Origin: Thermodesulfobacteriota bacterium
GTDB lineage: Bacteria; Desulfobacterota_D; UBA1144; Nemesobacterales; Mycalebacteriaceae
Assembly (NCBI GenBank): GCA_965205855.1
Contig: OZ242184.1
Location: 64,001-128,000, forward strand
DNA length: 64,000 bases
Direction of reading: 5' to 3'
A model generated the notes under the pieces. It saw nothing but the letters and a program-made list of their open reading frames with translations. It had not been told where the DNA came from and made no database searches. The position numbers and the translations under genes are program-made. Numbering within the stretch: position 1 is the stretch's first letter; the number at the start of each line of letters is the position of its first letter. This document shows positions 19,920-29,827 of this stretch, in pieces.

Positions 19920-21095
19920 ATGTCAGAAAATTACCGCTTCAGTTCAAGGACGAAACATTTTGTTCAGCCCAAACAGTGGGCAAGCATGAGGGTGGCAAAA
20001 GATATTGAGAAAAAGACGGGACAAACCATAATACATTTTGAAAAAGGCGATTATCAGGGACCGGATTTTGAAACCCCCCGGCACATAATAGAAGCGACCA
20101 CGAGAGCGGTTGAGGAAGGTTATGTGCGTTACGATCCCGGACCCGGCCTGCCGGAACTCAGAGAGGCGATTGCGCAAAAAACAACCGGACAGGGACGCAA
20201 AACCAGCCCCGAAGAGGTCATTGTTACCGCCGGGGCCAAGCACGCGCTTACGGCTTCGCTGAACATCTTTCTTGAGAACGACGACGAGGTCATATTTCCC
20301 AATCCGGGTTATCCGCCAGACGAGGTATGGGCGAAGTATCTCGGAGCGGTGATAAAGCACACCCCGCTTACGGATCCGGACTGGCAGTTTGATGTTGAAA
20401 AACTTGAATCCCTTATAACTCCGAAAACCAAACTGCTTATAATCAACACTCCGCAACGCCCCAACGGACACCTTGTTGAAAACGCCGAAGAGATAGCGAA
20501 GATGTGCGAAAGACATCCGCATGTTACCGTTATATCGGACGAGATTTTCTCTCAAGTAACCTTTGACAAGCCGCACAAAAGCATAAGCGCGATTGACGGC
20601 ATGGCGGACAGGACAATTGTCATAGACACTTTTTCAAAAACCTGGGCCATGACCGGATGGAGAATCGGATGGGCTGTCGCTCCGAAGCCGATAATAGAGA
20701 AGATGTCCATTTTTCTTCAGGACTCAATCACCAATGTCGCCGCTTTGATACAGCGCGCCGCATATTCCGCCATCACCGGCCCGCAAGACTGGGTTGAACA
20801 GAAGCACGCCCTTCTTCAAAGCAAAAGAGACAGAATGGTTGCCGCTCTGAACGAGGTTCCTGGAGTGAAGTGTGACAGTCCGGACGGCGCTTTCTATGCT
20901 TTTGCCGACATAACCGGAACGGGTCTCACATCTCAGCAATACACCGACCGGCTTGTGGAGCGCGCTGGAGTCGCGGTTGTTGCGGGAACCGCATTCGGAG
21001 ACCGTGGCGAGGGTTTTGTGCGCGTAACATACGCGTGTTCCGACGAAGACATAGACGAGGGAACGCGTAGAATGAGTGAAGCGGACTTGAAATAG
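19920..21095 (+). CDS. PLP-dependent class I/II aminotransferase
   Basis: GLPELREAIA, TAGAK, SDEIF, TFSKTWAMTGWRIG. Confidence 0.88.
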   Translation: MSENYRFSSRTKHFVQPKQWASMRVAKDIEKKTGQTIIHFEKGDYQGPDFETPRHIIEATTRAVEEGYVRYDPGPGLPELREAIAQKTTGQGRKTSPEEVIVTAGAKHALTASLNIFLENDDEVIFPNPGYPPDEVWAKYLGAVIKHTPLTDPDWQFDVEKLESLITPKTKLLIINTPQRPNGHLVENAEEIAKMCERHPHVTVISDEIFSQVTFDKPHKSISAIDGMADRTIVIDTFSKTWAMTGWRIGWAVAPKPIIEKMSIFLQDSITNVAALIQRAAYSAITGPQDWVEQKHALLQSKRDRMVAALNEVPGVKCDSPDGAFYAFADITGTGLTSQQYTDRLVERAGVAVVAGTAFGDRGEGFVRVTYACSDEDIDEGTRRMSEADLK

Positions 21096-21223
21096 ATTGA
21101 ATTGTAGGCGCAAGTAACCCGTCCCTGCCGGGCTTGCGTGTCGGTTTGGTTGTTTTCTGTTTTTCCCGAGCCGGGTGCTGGGTTTGTTCCGGCTTGAAAG
21201 AGGTTTCGCAGTGCGGTTTTTTC

Positions 21224-21262
21224 TTTACCTGTCCTTAACTTTGAATTAACGGTTTTTCAACA
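21224..21262 (+). promoter_or_regulatory. Pho box: four hexamers at 11-bp period
   Basis: TTTACC 21224, TTAACT 21235, TTAACG 21246, TCAACA 21257, upstream of pstS. Confidence 0.7.
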
Positions 21263-21333
21263 TTTATCTGATTTACTAACTTCCGAATTCAGGCAGTTGT
21301 CCTGTTATTTTTTCTAACGGAGGAAAGAAGAAA

Positions 21334-22311
21334 ATTCAGAGAAAAAGTTTTTACGTCTTTTTCATCGCTGTTTTGGCATTGGTTTTTGTGGCTCCCGCCG
21401 CATTTGCGGTCGTAGAGGTTGATAAGAATCTTACGAGATACAGTAAGGCAAAGAAATCCGTGGCCGGCAAGATAAACAGCGTCGGTTCGGACACGATGAA
21501 CAACCTTATGGCGCTGTGGTGCGAGGGGTTCAAAAAACGTTACCCCAGAGTCAAATGCCAGATAGAGGGCAAGGGATCAGGCACCGCACCGCCAGCGTTG
21601 ATACAGGGCACTTCGCAGTTCGGCCCCATGTCACGCGAGATGAAATCAAAAGAGGTTGACGCTTTTGAGAAGGAGTTCGGATACAAACCGGTCGCCATAC
21701 CAACCGCGATTGATATGCTTGCCGTTTTTGTCAACAAGGACAATCCGGTCAAATGTCTTGATATAAAACAGGTTGACGCCGTTTTCTCGAAAACAAGAAG
21801 ATGCGGCGCGCGCAAACCCGTTCAAAAATGGGAAGACCTCGGCGCCGGTGGCTCATGGAGGGTGCGCGCGGTAACACTTTACGGAAGAAACTCCGCTTCG
21901 GGCACTTACGGATATTTCAAAAAGAAAGCTCTTTGCAAGGGGGACTTCTCGGATTCCGTTAAGGAGCAGCCGGGTTCCGCATCCGTTGTCCAGGGCATCA
22001 GCAAGGACAAATACGCGATAGGATACAGCGGAATCGGATATCAAACATCGGGCGTGCGCGCGATTGCGCTTTCCAAAAAAGGCAGAAAATGTATCGAGCC
22101 GTCCCCGCAAAGCAGGAGCTATCCGCTTGCGAGGTATCTCTATCTGTATGTGAACAAATCGCCCGATAAGCAGTTTGACACTCTGCGCAGAGAGTTTCTC
22201 AAGTTCGTTCTGAGCAAAGAGGGGCAGAAGGTGGCCGTAAAAGACGGCTACATACCGCTGGATGCCAAAACAGTGAACAATCTCAGGAAGGAGCATTTTC
22301 TAAGCAGGTAA
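21334..22311 (+). CDS. pstS: Phosphate ABC transporter binding protein (probable ATT start; ORF track start is 21373)
   Basis: GSDTM, GKGSGT, MSR, GRNSASGTY, YPLAR. Confidence 0.92.
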   Translation: MQRKSFYVFFIAVLALVFVAPAAFAVVEVDKNLTRYSKAKKSVAGKINSVGSDTMNNLMALWCEGFKKRYPRVKCQIEGKGSGTAPPALIQGTSQFGPMSREMKSKEVDAFEKEFGYKPVAIPTAIDMLAVFVNKDNPVKCLDIKQVDAVFSKTRRCGARKPVQKWEDLGAGGSWRVRAVTLYGRNSASGTYGYFKKKALCKGDFSDSVKEQPGSASVVQGISKDKYAIGYSGIGYQTSGVRAIALSKKGRKCIEPSPQSRSYPLARYLYLYVNKSPDKQFDTLRREFLKFVLSKEGQKVAVKDGYIPLDAKTVNNLRKEHFLSR

Positions 22312-22329
22312 GTTTTTGCGGGTTTTGAT

Positions 22330-24540
22330 TTGAAAGCAAAAAAACAGCTTTATGACAAACTTGCCGGGCTGTTTATTGTCTCTGGCGGGGTGGCGATTAT
22401 AATTGTAATACTGGCGGTTTTCGCTTTCATACTTCTGGAGGTTCTGCCTCTTTTTTCAAAACCGTCCCACGGCCCTTTTGTTAAAACCGTTTCCGCTCCG
22501 GTTGCGGCCGGAGCCATTGGGATTGGCGTTAACGAGCATCGGAAGACCGCGTATGCGGTCTTCCCCGAAGGGGTTGCAAGGTTTTTTTCCCTTGAGACCG
22601 GAAAAACCGAAAATGAATTTTTCTTCGAAGGAGCCGCCTCGTCTTTTTCGACTCTCACAAACGCAAAGGTGTTTGCTCTTGGCGGTGTTGACGGAGTTCT
22701 GCGGCTGTTCACCATCAGTTACAAAGACACTTACGCGGGCGGGTCGAAGGAAAGGAAGGTGGTTGCAGACATCAAACCCCTTGCCGCGTCGCGGGTTGCC
22801 GACTCCGCTTTGTTGAAAACGGATTTTATCCTCAACGATTCCGAATCCTACTCCGCTGCCGCATACACAAAGGACGGCAGGCTGTTTTTTGTGCCGGCAA
22901 TCGGCTCGGAGCCCGAAGAGTCAGTATTCGGCGAGGATGAGGAATTTCGCGACGCCGCGACGCCGGTTCCGGCAAGCGAGATTACAACGGATATTTCGGA
23001 CGAAAAAATCACGGGGCTTGTCCTTGCCGAAGAGGGCAATGTTCTTTATGTCTCCACGGCTTCGGGTCTGATTTTCCAGTGGGACACCTCCGAATCCGGA
23101 TCGCCCGTTTTTCTGGGTTCGCAGGACGCCACCGCAGACCGTTCGGTCGGCGTAACAACAATGGGTCTTCTTCTCGGCGACCGCTCAATCGCGGTCGGAG
23201 ACGCTTCGGGGCGCCTTTCGGTCTGGTTCCGTTCCTCCGGTTCCGCAAAGCTCATGCGCGTTCACGAGTTTGAGAGTTTTCCGGGCGCGGTCTCTCTTTT
23301 CTCAAACTCTCTGAGAACCAGAAATTTTGCCGTTTCGGATTCTCTTGGCAATTTGGGTGTTTTTCATGCCACCACCTCAAGAAGGCGTTTGCTTATTGAA
23401 AGCCCTGAAAAACTTTCCGCGATTGTTTTCACCCCCAAAGGAGACTCCATTGCCGCAATCGCCGAAGACGGAGGCATTGCCGAGTGGGAGATCCGAAACG
23501 ACTATTCGGAGATAAGCATCAGGTCAATTTTCTCCCGCATCTGGTATGAGGGATACGATTCACCGATTTACATGTGGCAGTCAACCGGCGGCACGGACGA
23601 ATTTGAGCCGAAGCTCGGGCTTGTTCCTATAATATTTGGCACTTTCAAGGGCGCGGTGTATTCGCTTCTCTTCGCCGTCCCGATAGCGGTGCTTGCAGCT
23701 CTGTGTGTTTCGCAGTTCATGCACCCGTCGTTTTCGGGTGTCATTAAGCCCGTTATAGAGATAATGGCGGGTCTGCCGAGCGTTGTGATAGGATTTTTCG
23801 CGGGCTTGTGGCTTTCCCCCGTTCTTGAGAGGGTATTTTCCGCCCTTGTTATAATGCCTTTTCTGATAATCGTTTTTTCGATTGTCTGCCTTTATCTTCT
23901 CAAGCTGTTTGGCGGAGGGTTGCGACGGTATTTCAGACCCGGAGCGGAATACCTGTTTCTTGTACCCGCGATTGCCGGCGCGGTCGCCGTTTCGCTCTGG
24001 CTGAACGCGCCCGCGGAGCGGTTTCTTTTTCAAGGGGATTATAATGCGTGGCTCGCCGCCGTGGGGCTGGACTTTGACCAGAGAAACGCCCTTGTGGTCG
24101 GATTCGCAATGGGGTTTGCGGTCATACCGATAGTTTTTACAATAGCGGAAGATTCAATGTCGGGGGTGCCGAAATCGCTTATTGCGTCATCTCTTGCACT
24201 CGGGGCGAGCAAATGGCAGACCGCAATCAGAATTGTCGTGCCGTCCGCAAGTCCGGGGATACTGTCGGCGGTCATCATCGGTTTCGGTAGGGCGATAGGC
24301 GAGACTATGATAGTTCTTATGGCAACGGGAAACACGCCGCTTCTTGACTGGAACATATTCAACGGCTTCCGGGCGATGTCGGCAAACATAGCCGTGGAGC
24401 TTCCCGAAGCCCCACAGGGCGGCGGTCTTTACAGACTTATATTTTTAACAAGTCTCCTTTTGTTTCTTTTCACTTTCTTCCTTAACACGGTTGCGGAGTT
24501 TATGAGAGCCAGACTGAGCAGGAAATACGGCGCATCCTGA
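22330..24540 (+). CDS. pstC: Phosphate ABC permease PstC with large N-terminal beta-rich (WD40-like) domain
   Basis: KPVIEIMAGLPSVVIG, ALGASKWQT, GRAIGETM. Confidence 0.92.
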   Translation: MKAKKQLYDKLAGLFIVSGGVAIIIVILAVFAFILLEVLPLFSKPSHGPFVKTVSAPVAAGAIGIGVNEHRKTAYAVFPEGVARFFSLETGKTENEFFFEGAASSFSTLTNAKVFALGGVDGVLRLFTISYKDTYAGGSKERKVVADIKPLAASRVADSALLKTDFILNDSESYSAAAYTKDGRLFFVPAIGSEPEESVFGEDEEFRDAATPVPASEITTDISDEKITGLVLAEEGNVLYVSTASGLIFQWDTSESGSPVFLGSQDATADRSVGVTTMGLLLGDRSIAVGDASGRLSVWFRSSGSAKLMRVHEFESFPGAVSLFSNSLRTRNFAVSDSLGNLGVFHATTSRRRLLIESPEKLSAIVFTPKGDSIAAIAEDGGIAEWEIRNDYSEISIRSIFSRIWYEGYDSPIYMWQSTGGTDEFEPKLGLVPIIFGTFKGAVYSLLFAVPIAVLAALCVSQFMHPSFSGVIKPVIEIMAGLPSVVIGFFAGLWLSPVLERVFSALVIMPFLIIVFSIVCLYLLKLFGGGLRRYFRPGAEYLFLVPAIAGAVAVSLWLNAPAERFLFQGDYNAWLAAVGLDFDQRNALVVGFAMGFAVIPIVFTIAEDSMSGVPKSLIASSLALGASKWQTAIRIVVPSASPGILSAVIIGFGRAIGETMIVLMATGNTPLLDWNIFNGFRAMSANIAVELPEAPQGGGLYRLIFLTSLLLFLFTFFLNTVAEFMRARLSRKYGAS

Positions 24541-24558
24541 GCGCGCGGAGACATTTGA

Positions 24559-26142
24559 ATGAAACGGGTTTCTTTCGGTGAGATGTTCAAAAGCGGCGAT
24601 GTGTATACGTGGCTTACGGCAATAGCGCTTGTAATTTCCCTGCTCATGATAGCAGGGCTGCTGTTTCTTATCACGGCAAAGGGGCTGGGTTTTTTCTGGC
24701 CCTCGTCGGTTGCGAAGGTAACTTTTGCGGACGGAAGCTTTCTTCTGGGACAGTTTGCTGGAAATGAGAAAAGCGAAAGCGGAGCCAAAACAAGGTTCAG
24801 GGTCGGAAACAGGGACATATATGGACTTGCGTTCCGGTGGGTGGACGACCGTGACATAGAGTCGGTTGAGTATCCGCCTTCGGTCTTTGTCATTGAAAGG
24901 CTGGAATGGGGCGACATGATAGGGCACATAAAGGAAGTAAGGTCGGGAGGAATTCCGGTCGCCTTTTCGGGAGACAAACCCCTTCTTTCGGGTTTTCTTT
25001 CCGAAGTGCGGGCGCTGAGCGCGCGGGCGAAGAAAATAGAGTTGTCCGATGTCGGGGACATTGTGTATGAGATTGAGAAAATTCAGAAGCGGATAAAAAA
25101 ATCCGGCGATGAAAACGGGGTTCTTGCCTCTCGTGTTGCTTTGCTTGAAGCGCAATACGCCCGCAAAGAGGCCGAGCTTGGGGAGATTTACTCAGAAGCC
25201 GATAAAAACACAATGCTGGTTGTTACCGCGGAAGGGGAGGAAAAAGAGGTCTTTTTCAGCAACATAGAGAGAATTTACGCCCCCAACGCAATGGGAGTTG
25301 TCGCCAAACTCGGACTTTACACTCAGAGGTTCTGGTCTTTTGTTTCCGATGAGCCGCGCGAGGCGAACACCGAAGGGGGAGTTTTGCCCGCTATACTCGG
25401 CACGGTGATTATGGTTGTTCTTATGAGCATAATGGTTATGCCCCTCGGCGTTCTTGCCGCCCTTTACCTGAGCGAGTATTCAAGGCAGGGGGTGTTTGTC
25501 AGAATCGTGAGGATATGCGTCAATAACCTTGCAGGGGTTCCGTCCATTGTTTTCGGGGTTTTCGGTCTAGGGTTTTTCATATACGGAATCGGAGGTCTTA
25601 TAGACTCCGTTTTCTATAAGGAAGCCCTTCCGGCACCGACATTCGGAACAGGAGGAGTTCTCTGGGCGTCTCTCACTCTCGCCCTTCTAACCGTACCCGT
25701 GGTGATAGTTTCAACCGAAGAGGGGCTTTCGCAGGTGCCAAAAAATATGCGGGAAGGCTCTCTCGCGCTCGGAGCGACAAAGTTTGAAACCGTCTGGAAG
25801 ATAGTTCTCCCCGGTGCGATGCCGGGAATTCTCACCGGGCTTATACTTGCGGTCGCCAGAGCCGCCGGGGAGGTTGCCCCGCTTATGCTTACAGGCGTTG
25901 TGAAGCTCGCCCCCGATGCCATTGTCGACGGAAGGTTTCCGTTTTTTCACGCCGAGAGAAAATTCATGCATCTGGGTTTCCACATATACGATGTGGGTTT
26001 CCAGTCTCCCAATGTGGAAGCCGCAAAAGACATAGTTTACGCAACGGCGTTTCTTCTTATAATTCTCGTCGCAGTGCTGAACCTTACGGCGATTCTGATG
26101 AGAAGCAGAATAAGGGGAAGGAAATTCGGTTCGGAGATTTAG
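24559..26142 (+). CDS. pstA: Phosphate ABC permease PstA, long form
   Basis: EPREANTEGG, NLAGVPSIVFG, ARAAGEVAPL. Confidence 0.92.
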   Translation: MKRVSFGEMFKSGDVYTWLTAIALVISLLMIAGLLFLITAKGLGFFWPSSVAKVTFADGSFLLGQFAGNEKSESGAKTRFRVGNRDIYGLAFRWVDDRDIESVEYPPSVFVIERLEWGDMIGHIKEVRSGGIPVAFSGDKPLLSGFLSEVRALSARAKKIELSDVGDIVYEIEKIQKRIKKSGDENGVLASRVALLEAQYARKEAELGEIYSEADKNTMLVVTAEGEEKEVFFSNIERIYAPNAMGVVAKLGLYTQRFWSFVSDEPREANTEGGVLPAILGTVIMVVLMSIMVMPLGVLAALYLSEYSRQGVFVRIVRICVNNLAGVPSIVFGVFGLGFFIYGIGGLIDSVFYKEALPAPTFGTGGVLWASLTLALLTVPVVIVSTEEGLSQVPKNMREGSLALGATKFETVWKIVLPGAMPGILTGLILAVARAAGEVAPLMLTGVVKLAPDAIVDGRFPFFHAERKFMHLGFHIYDVGFQSPNVEAAKDIVYATAFLLIILVAVLNLTAILMRSRIRGRKFGSEI

Positions 26143-26156
26143 AACAGAGGTGAATT

Positions 26157-26951
26157 ATGGACGCTGAATTTGAGTCAATGGACAATACGAAATTTGAGGA
26201 TGTGATAGCCGAAGCGAAAAATGTGTTTCTGAGATACGGAGACATTTTTGCTCTCAGAGACATATCCATGAGCGTTCCGACAAACAGGGCGACCGCGCTA
26301 ATAGGTCCCTCCGGTTGCGGAAAATCAACTTTTCTGCGCTGCTTTAACCGCCTCAACGATCTCATAGACGATGTTTCAATAGAGGGCACAATAACGGTGT
26401 CGCGGCAGAACATCTACGCCCCAGACCTTGAGCCGAGCGATTTGCGCAGAAGGGTTGGAATGGTATTTCAGAAATCAAACCCGTTTCCGCTGTCAATATA
26501 CGAAAACATCGCATACGGTCCGCGCATAGCGGGAACCGGAAACAAAAACGACCTTGACGAGATTGTGGAGTCAAGCCTCAGACAGGCGGGACTGTGGAAG
26601 GAGGCGCGCGACCGGCTTGGTGACACTGCGTTTGCGCTGTCGGGCGGGCAGCAGCAGCGTCTTTGCATAGCGCGCGCGATTGCGGTTTGTCCCGACCTTC
26701 TGCTTATGGATGAGCCGTGCAGTGCGCTTGACCCGATAGCGACCGCGAGTATCGAAGATTTGATAAGAGAGCTCAAAGAGAAATACACTGTGGTGATAGT
26801 AACCCACAATATGCAGCAGGCGGCGCGGGTTTCGGATTACACTATGTTTATGTATCTCGGACGGATGGTTGAATACGATGAGACTGAAAAGATTTTTCTC
26901 AATCCGTCATTGAGACAGACCGAAGATTACGTATCGGGGAAATTTGGATAA
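26157..26951 (+). CDS. pstB: Phosphate ABC ATPase
   Basis: [33 protein letters not shown]. Confidence 0.95.
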   Translation: MDAEFESMDNTKFEDVIAEAKNVFLRYGDIFALRDISMSVPTNRATALIGPSGCGKSTFLRCFNRLNDLIDDVSIEGTITVSRQNIYAPDLEPSDLRRRVGMVFQKSNPFPLSIYENIAYGPRIAGTGNKNDLDEIVESSLRQAGLWKEARDRLGDTAFALSGGQQQRLCIARAIAVCPDLLLMDEPCSALDPIATASIEDLIRELKEKYTVVIVTHNMQQAARVSDYTMFMYLGRMVEYDETEKIFLNPSLRQTEDYVSGKFG

Positions 26952-26968
26952 CGCACCGGAGGAATATC

Positions 26969-27634
26969 ATGGCGATCACACAGACAAGACTCGGAGAGGG
27001 AATTGAGAACCTGAAAAAATCACTGCTTGATATGGCACAGTTGGTTGATGCCATGCTTGACAGTAGCATCGGGCTGATAAGAGACGGCTCAAACGCACGG
27101 GCGCGCATAAAGGAGATAAAGGAGACCGACAACGAGGTTGATTCAAAAGAGGTGGGTTTGGACCTTGATTGCGTCCGCCTGCTCGGGCTTTACGCCCCAG
27201 AAGCGGAGATGCTCAGAACAATTGTCGCGACAATGAAGATAAACAACGACATTGAAAGGGTGGGAGACCATGCGGTCAATGTCGCCCGTCTTGTGGGGAA
27301 AAGTCGCGACTATCCGCCCATGGGACTTTTCACAAAGGCCGCGGAGATGGGAGACGTTGCGCTTGAGATGTTCAGAATGAGCATTGACGCTTTCATAAAC
27401 AAGAAAAAAGACCTTGCGTTTGAGGTTTCAAAAAAAGACGAGGAGGTTGACCGCATGGAAAAGAAAATAGTGAAGAAAACGCTCGCGCATTTGAAAAAAT
27501 TCCCCGAATCCACGGAGGCGTCCACCTGCCTTATATCCGTTGCGAGAAATCTGGAAAGGGCGGCGGATCTGTCAACCAACATAAGCGAGGACACCCACTA
27601 CCTTATAACGGGCGAAGTCAGAAAACACTCCTGA
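26969..27634 (+). CDS. phoU: Phosphate signalling protein PhoU
   Basis: IERVGDHAVN and LERAADLSTNISE repeats. Confidence 0.92.
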   Translation: MAITQTRLGEGIENLKKSLLDMAQLVDAMLDSSIGLIRDGSNARARIKEIKETDNEVDSKEVGLDLDCVRLLGLYAPEAEMLRTIVATMKINNDIERVGDHAVNVARLVGKSRDYPPMGLFTKAAEMGDVALEMFRMSIDAFINKKKDLAFEVSKKDEEVDRMEKKIVKKTLAHLKKFPESTEASTCLISVARNLERAADLSTNISEDTHYLITGEVRKHS

Positions 27635-27646
27635 AAAACGCGCCGT

Positions 27647-28978
27647 TCAGTTTTCCGGTTTTGCCCTTTCAAAATCAACCGTGAAAACGCTTCCCTTGCC
27701 CGGTTCGCTTTCAACATTTATCGCGCCGCCGTGAATTTCAACCGTCTGGCGGGCGATGCTGAGCCCAAGCCCGTTCCCGCGTCCGCCCTGCGCTCCCCTG
27801 TAGAAACGCTCAAAAATTCTTCCTATATCCTTGCGCTCAATGCCCTCACCACGGTCCCTCACGGAGACTTTTACGACCTCGCCGCCCTTCGCGCCCGGAC
27901 TGACCTCAACCCTGCCGCCGTCCGGGGAGTGTTTGACGGCGTTTTCAATCAGGTTGACAAGCATATTTTCAATCATCAGCCGGTCTCCCTTCATCGGGAG
28001 TTCCGGGCTTTGCACAACCTCCACCGTTATGTTTTTTCTCTCCGCCTCCGCTCTCATTATCTCTGCCGCGTTCACGGCCGCTTCGGCAAGGTTGAAAGAG
28101 ATAAACCGGGACTTATCGTCGCTTCTTTCCTCAAGTTCCGCAAGGGTGATGACGCGCGAGCAGAGTTCTGCGAGCCGTTTTGAGTTTCTTTCAAGCATGG
28201 CGGCGAGTTTGACCGTTTCGCTATCCGCGCCGCGCGTGCGCTCGCAGATGTTCTCCGCCGCTCCGACTATGGAGGTGAGAGGCGTGCGTATTTCGTGGGA
28301 TATGTTTGTTATCAAATCCTTTTGCGCCGTTTCAAGTTTTTTGAACTCAGTTGAGTCAAAAAGAACAAGCACGAGCTCGCCGTTTTTTTTTGCGGGGGGA
28401 ACCGCACTTGCCATATAGAAATTTTTGGACGGGTAGAGGTTTATTATCTCGCGCCGCACGGGGGCGTCCGATTCAAGTGCGTCTCTTATGACTTGCCGCA
28501 TCGGCGAGCTGAAAACCGCCTCCCAGTAGTTTTTTCCTGTTATGTCGCCGTCTGCGGCAAGCATTGCGCGCGCCGCGGTGTTTGCCATTGTTATCCGTCC
28601 GCCCGGCGAGACGCACAGCACTCCCTCGCTTGTGGCGTTCAGAATGGCGGAAAGTCTCGCTTTCTGCCTTTCTGCGGTTTCAAAGCGGTTTTTCATTGTT
28701 TGCGCCGCAAGGTTGAGGGTTTTTGTCATTTCCTCGGTTCCTTCCGACACGGCGGGAACATAGCGCGGGAATTGTTTTGAGATAAGGGCTTTTGCAAAGC
28801 CGGTTACATCGCGGGCTATTTTTCTGCCCCGGCTTACCGAAGACACTTTGACCGCCGCGCCCGCAATCGCGGCAACGGCAACGGAGAGTATAAAAGCGTC
28901 CCGCCCTCCCGAAGAGTTAAAATATGAAATCACACCCGCGATGGCACAGAAAGATGCCTGCAGAAAGAAAATCCTCAA
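27647..28978 (-). CDS. phoR: Sensor histidine kinase (PAS-HisKA-HATPase)
   Basis: SHEIRTPLT, NLIENAVK, D.GEGI, IFERFYR, GLGLSI; pst context. Confidence 0.85.
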   Translation of the reverse strand: MRIFFLQASFCAIAGVISYFNSSGGRDAFILSVAVAAIAGAAVKVSSVSRGRKIARDVTGFAKALISKQFPRYVPAVSEGTEEMTKTLNLAAQTMKNRFETAERQKARLSAILNATSEGVLCVSPGGRITMANTAARAMLAADGDITGKNYWEAVFSSPMRQVIRDALESDAPVRREIINLYPSKNFYMASAVPPAKKNGELVLVLFDSTEFKKLETAQKDLITNISHEIRTPLTSIVGAAENICERTRGADSETVKLAAMLERNSKRLAELCSRVITLAELEERSDDKSRFISFNLAEAAVNAAEIMRAEAERKNITVEVVQSPELPMKGDRLMIENMLVNLIENAVKHSPDGGRVEVSPGAKGGEVVKVSVRDRGEGIERKDIGRIFERFYRGAQGGRGNGLGLSIARQTVEIHGGAINVESEPGKGSVFTVDFERAKPEN

Positions 28979-29679
28979 GTTTTTGCGTCCGCCACTTCTA
29001 TTTTATAGCCAATGCCGCGCACGGTTTGAATTTCCACGCCGCTGCCCGCTATTTTGTCCCTCAGGTTTTTTATATGCACATCAACGGTGCGGTCGTATGC
29101 AAGCCGGTCGTCCATTGAGGTCTTTTTCTTGAGTATCCGGTCTCTTGTCATTACCCTTCCCCGGTTTTGTGCGAGAAACTCAAGTATCCTGAACTGTGTC
29201 GCCGTAAGGTCAACGGGTTTTCCGCAGACGCTCACAACAAAACTTTCCGGATCTATGGTCAGGTTTGCAATTTGAATCACATCCCCGTCGCCGGATTTTT
29301 CCCTGAGTTTGCACCTTCTAATCACCATTTTGACGCGAGCCGCAAGTTCCCGCGGGCTGAACGGCTTTGTTATGTAGTCGTCCGCTCCCAACTCAAGTCC
29401 CAGCACTATGTCCAGCTCGGTCGCCTTTGCGGTAACCATTATCACAGGGATTGAAGCGGTTTTCTGCGCGCTTTTGAGATGTCTGCAAATCTCAATCCCG
29501 TCCGTTTCGGGAAGCATCAGGTCAAGAAGAACCAAATCCGGCGAAAATGAGCGCAGCGAGAGAAGGAACTCCCTGCCGTTGCGGAAGGTTTTTGTTTTGA
29601 AACCCTCGCTTTTGAGCGAAGACGAGATGATTTCAAGAATATCCTTCTCGTCATCAACGATTGCTATTGTTTCCGACAT
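28975..29679 (-). CDS. phoB: OmpR-family response regulator
   Basis: VDDE, LDLMLP, GADDYITKPF, RTVDVHI, TVRGIGY; pst context. Confidence 0.85.
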   Translation of the reverse strand: MSETIAIVDDEKDILEIISSSLKSEGFKTKTFRNGREFLLSLRSFSPDLVLLDLMLPETDGIEICRHLKSAQKTASIPVIMVTAKATELDIVLGLELGADDYITKPFSPRELAARVKMVIRRCKLREKSGDGDVIQIANLTIDPESFVVSVCGKPVDLTATQFRILEFLAQNRGRVMTRDRILKKKTSMDDRLAYDRTVDVHIKNLRDKIAGSGVEIQTVRGIGYKIEVADAKT

Positions 29680-29827
29680 TGCGCCGTATTGGAATATACA
29701 TACCCCGCACTCAGGTTTCAGCGGCGCGGGTTTTTTTTGCGATTTGCCTTTTTGTTGTTACGGTTTAACATTGTGCTTCAAAATGGGAGCGTGTCTCCCG
29801 CACCAACTCACGGTAGGAGTTTCAGAT

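Noticed and set aside
29408-29827. 140-aa N-terminal extension of the porin ORF
   Set aside because: Antisense to phoB; SD and signal peptide indicate a start at 29828
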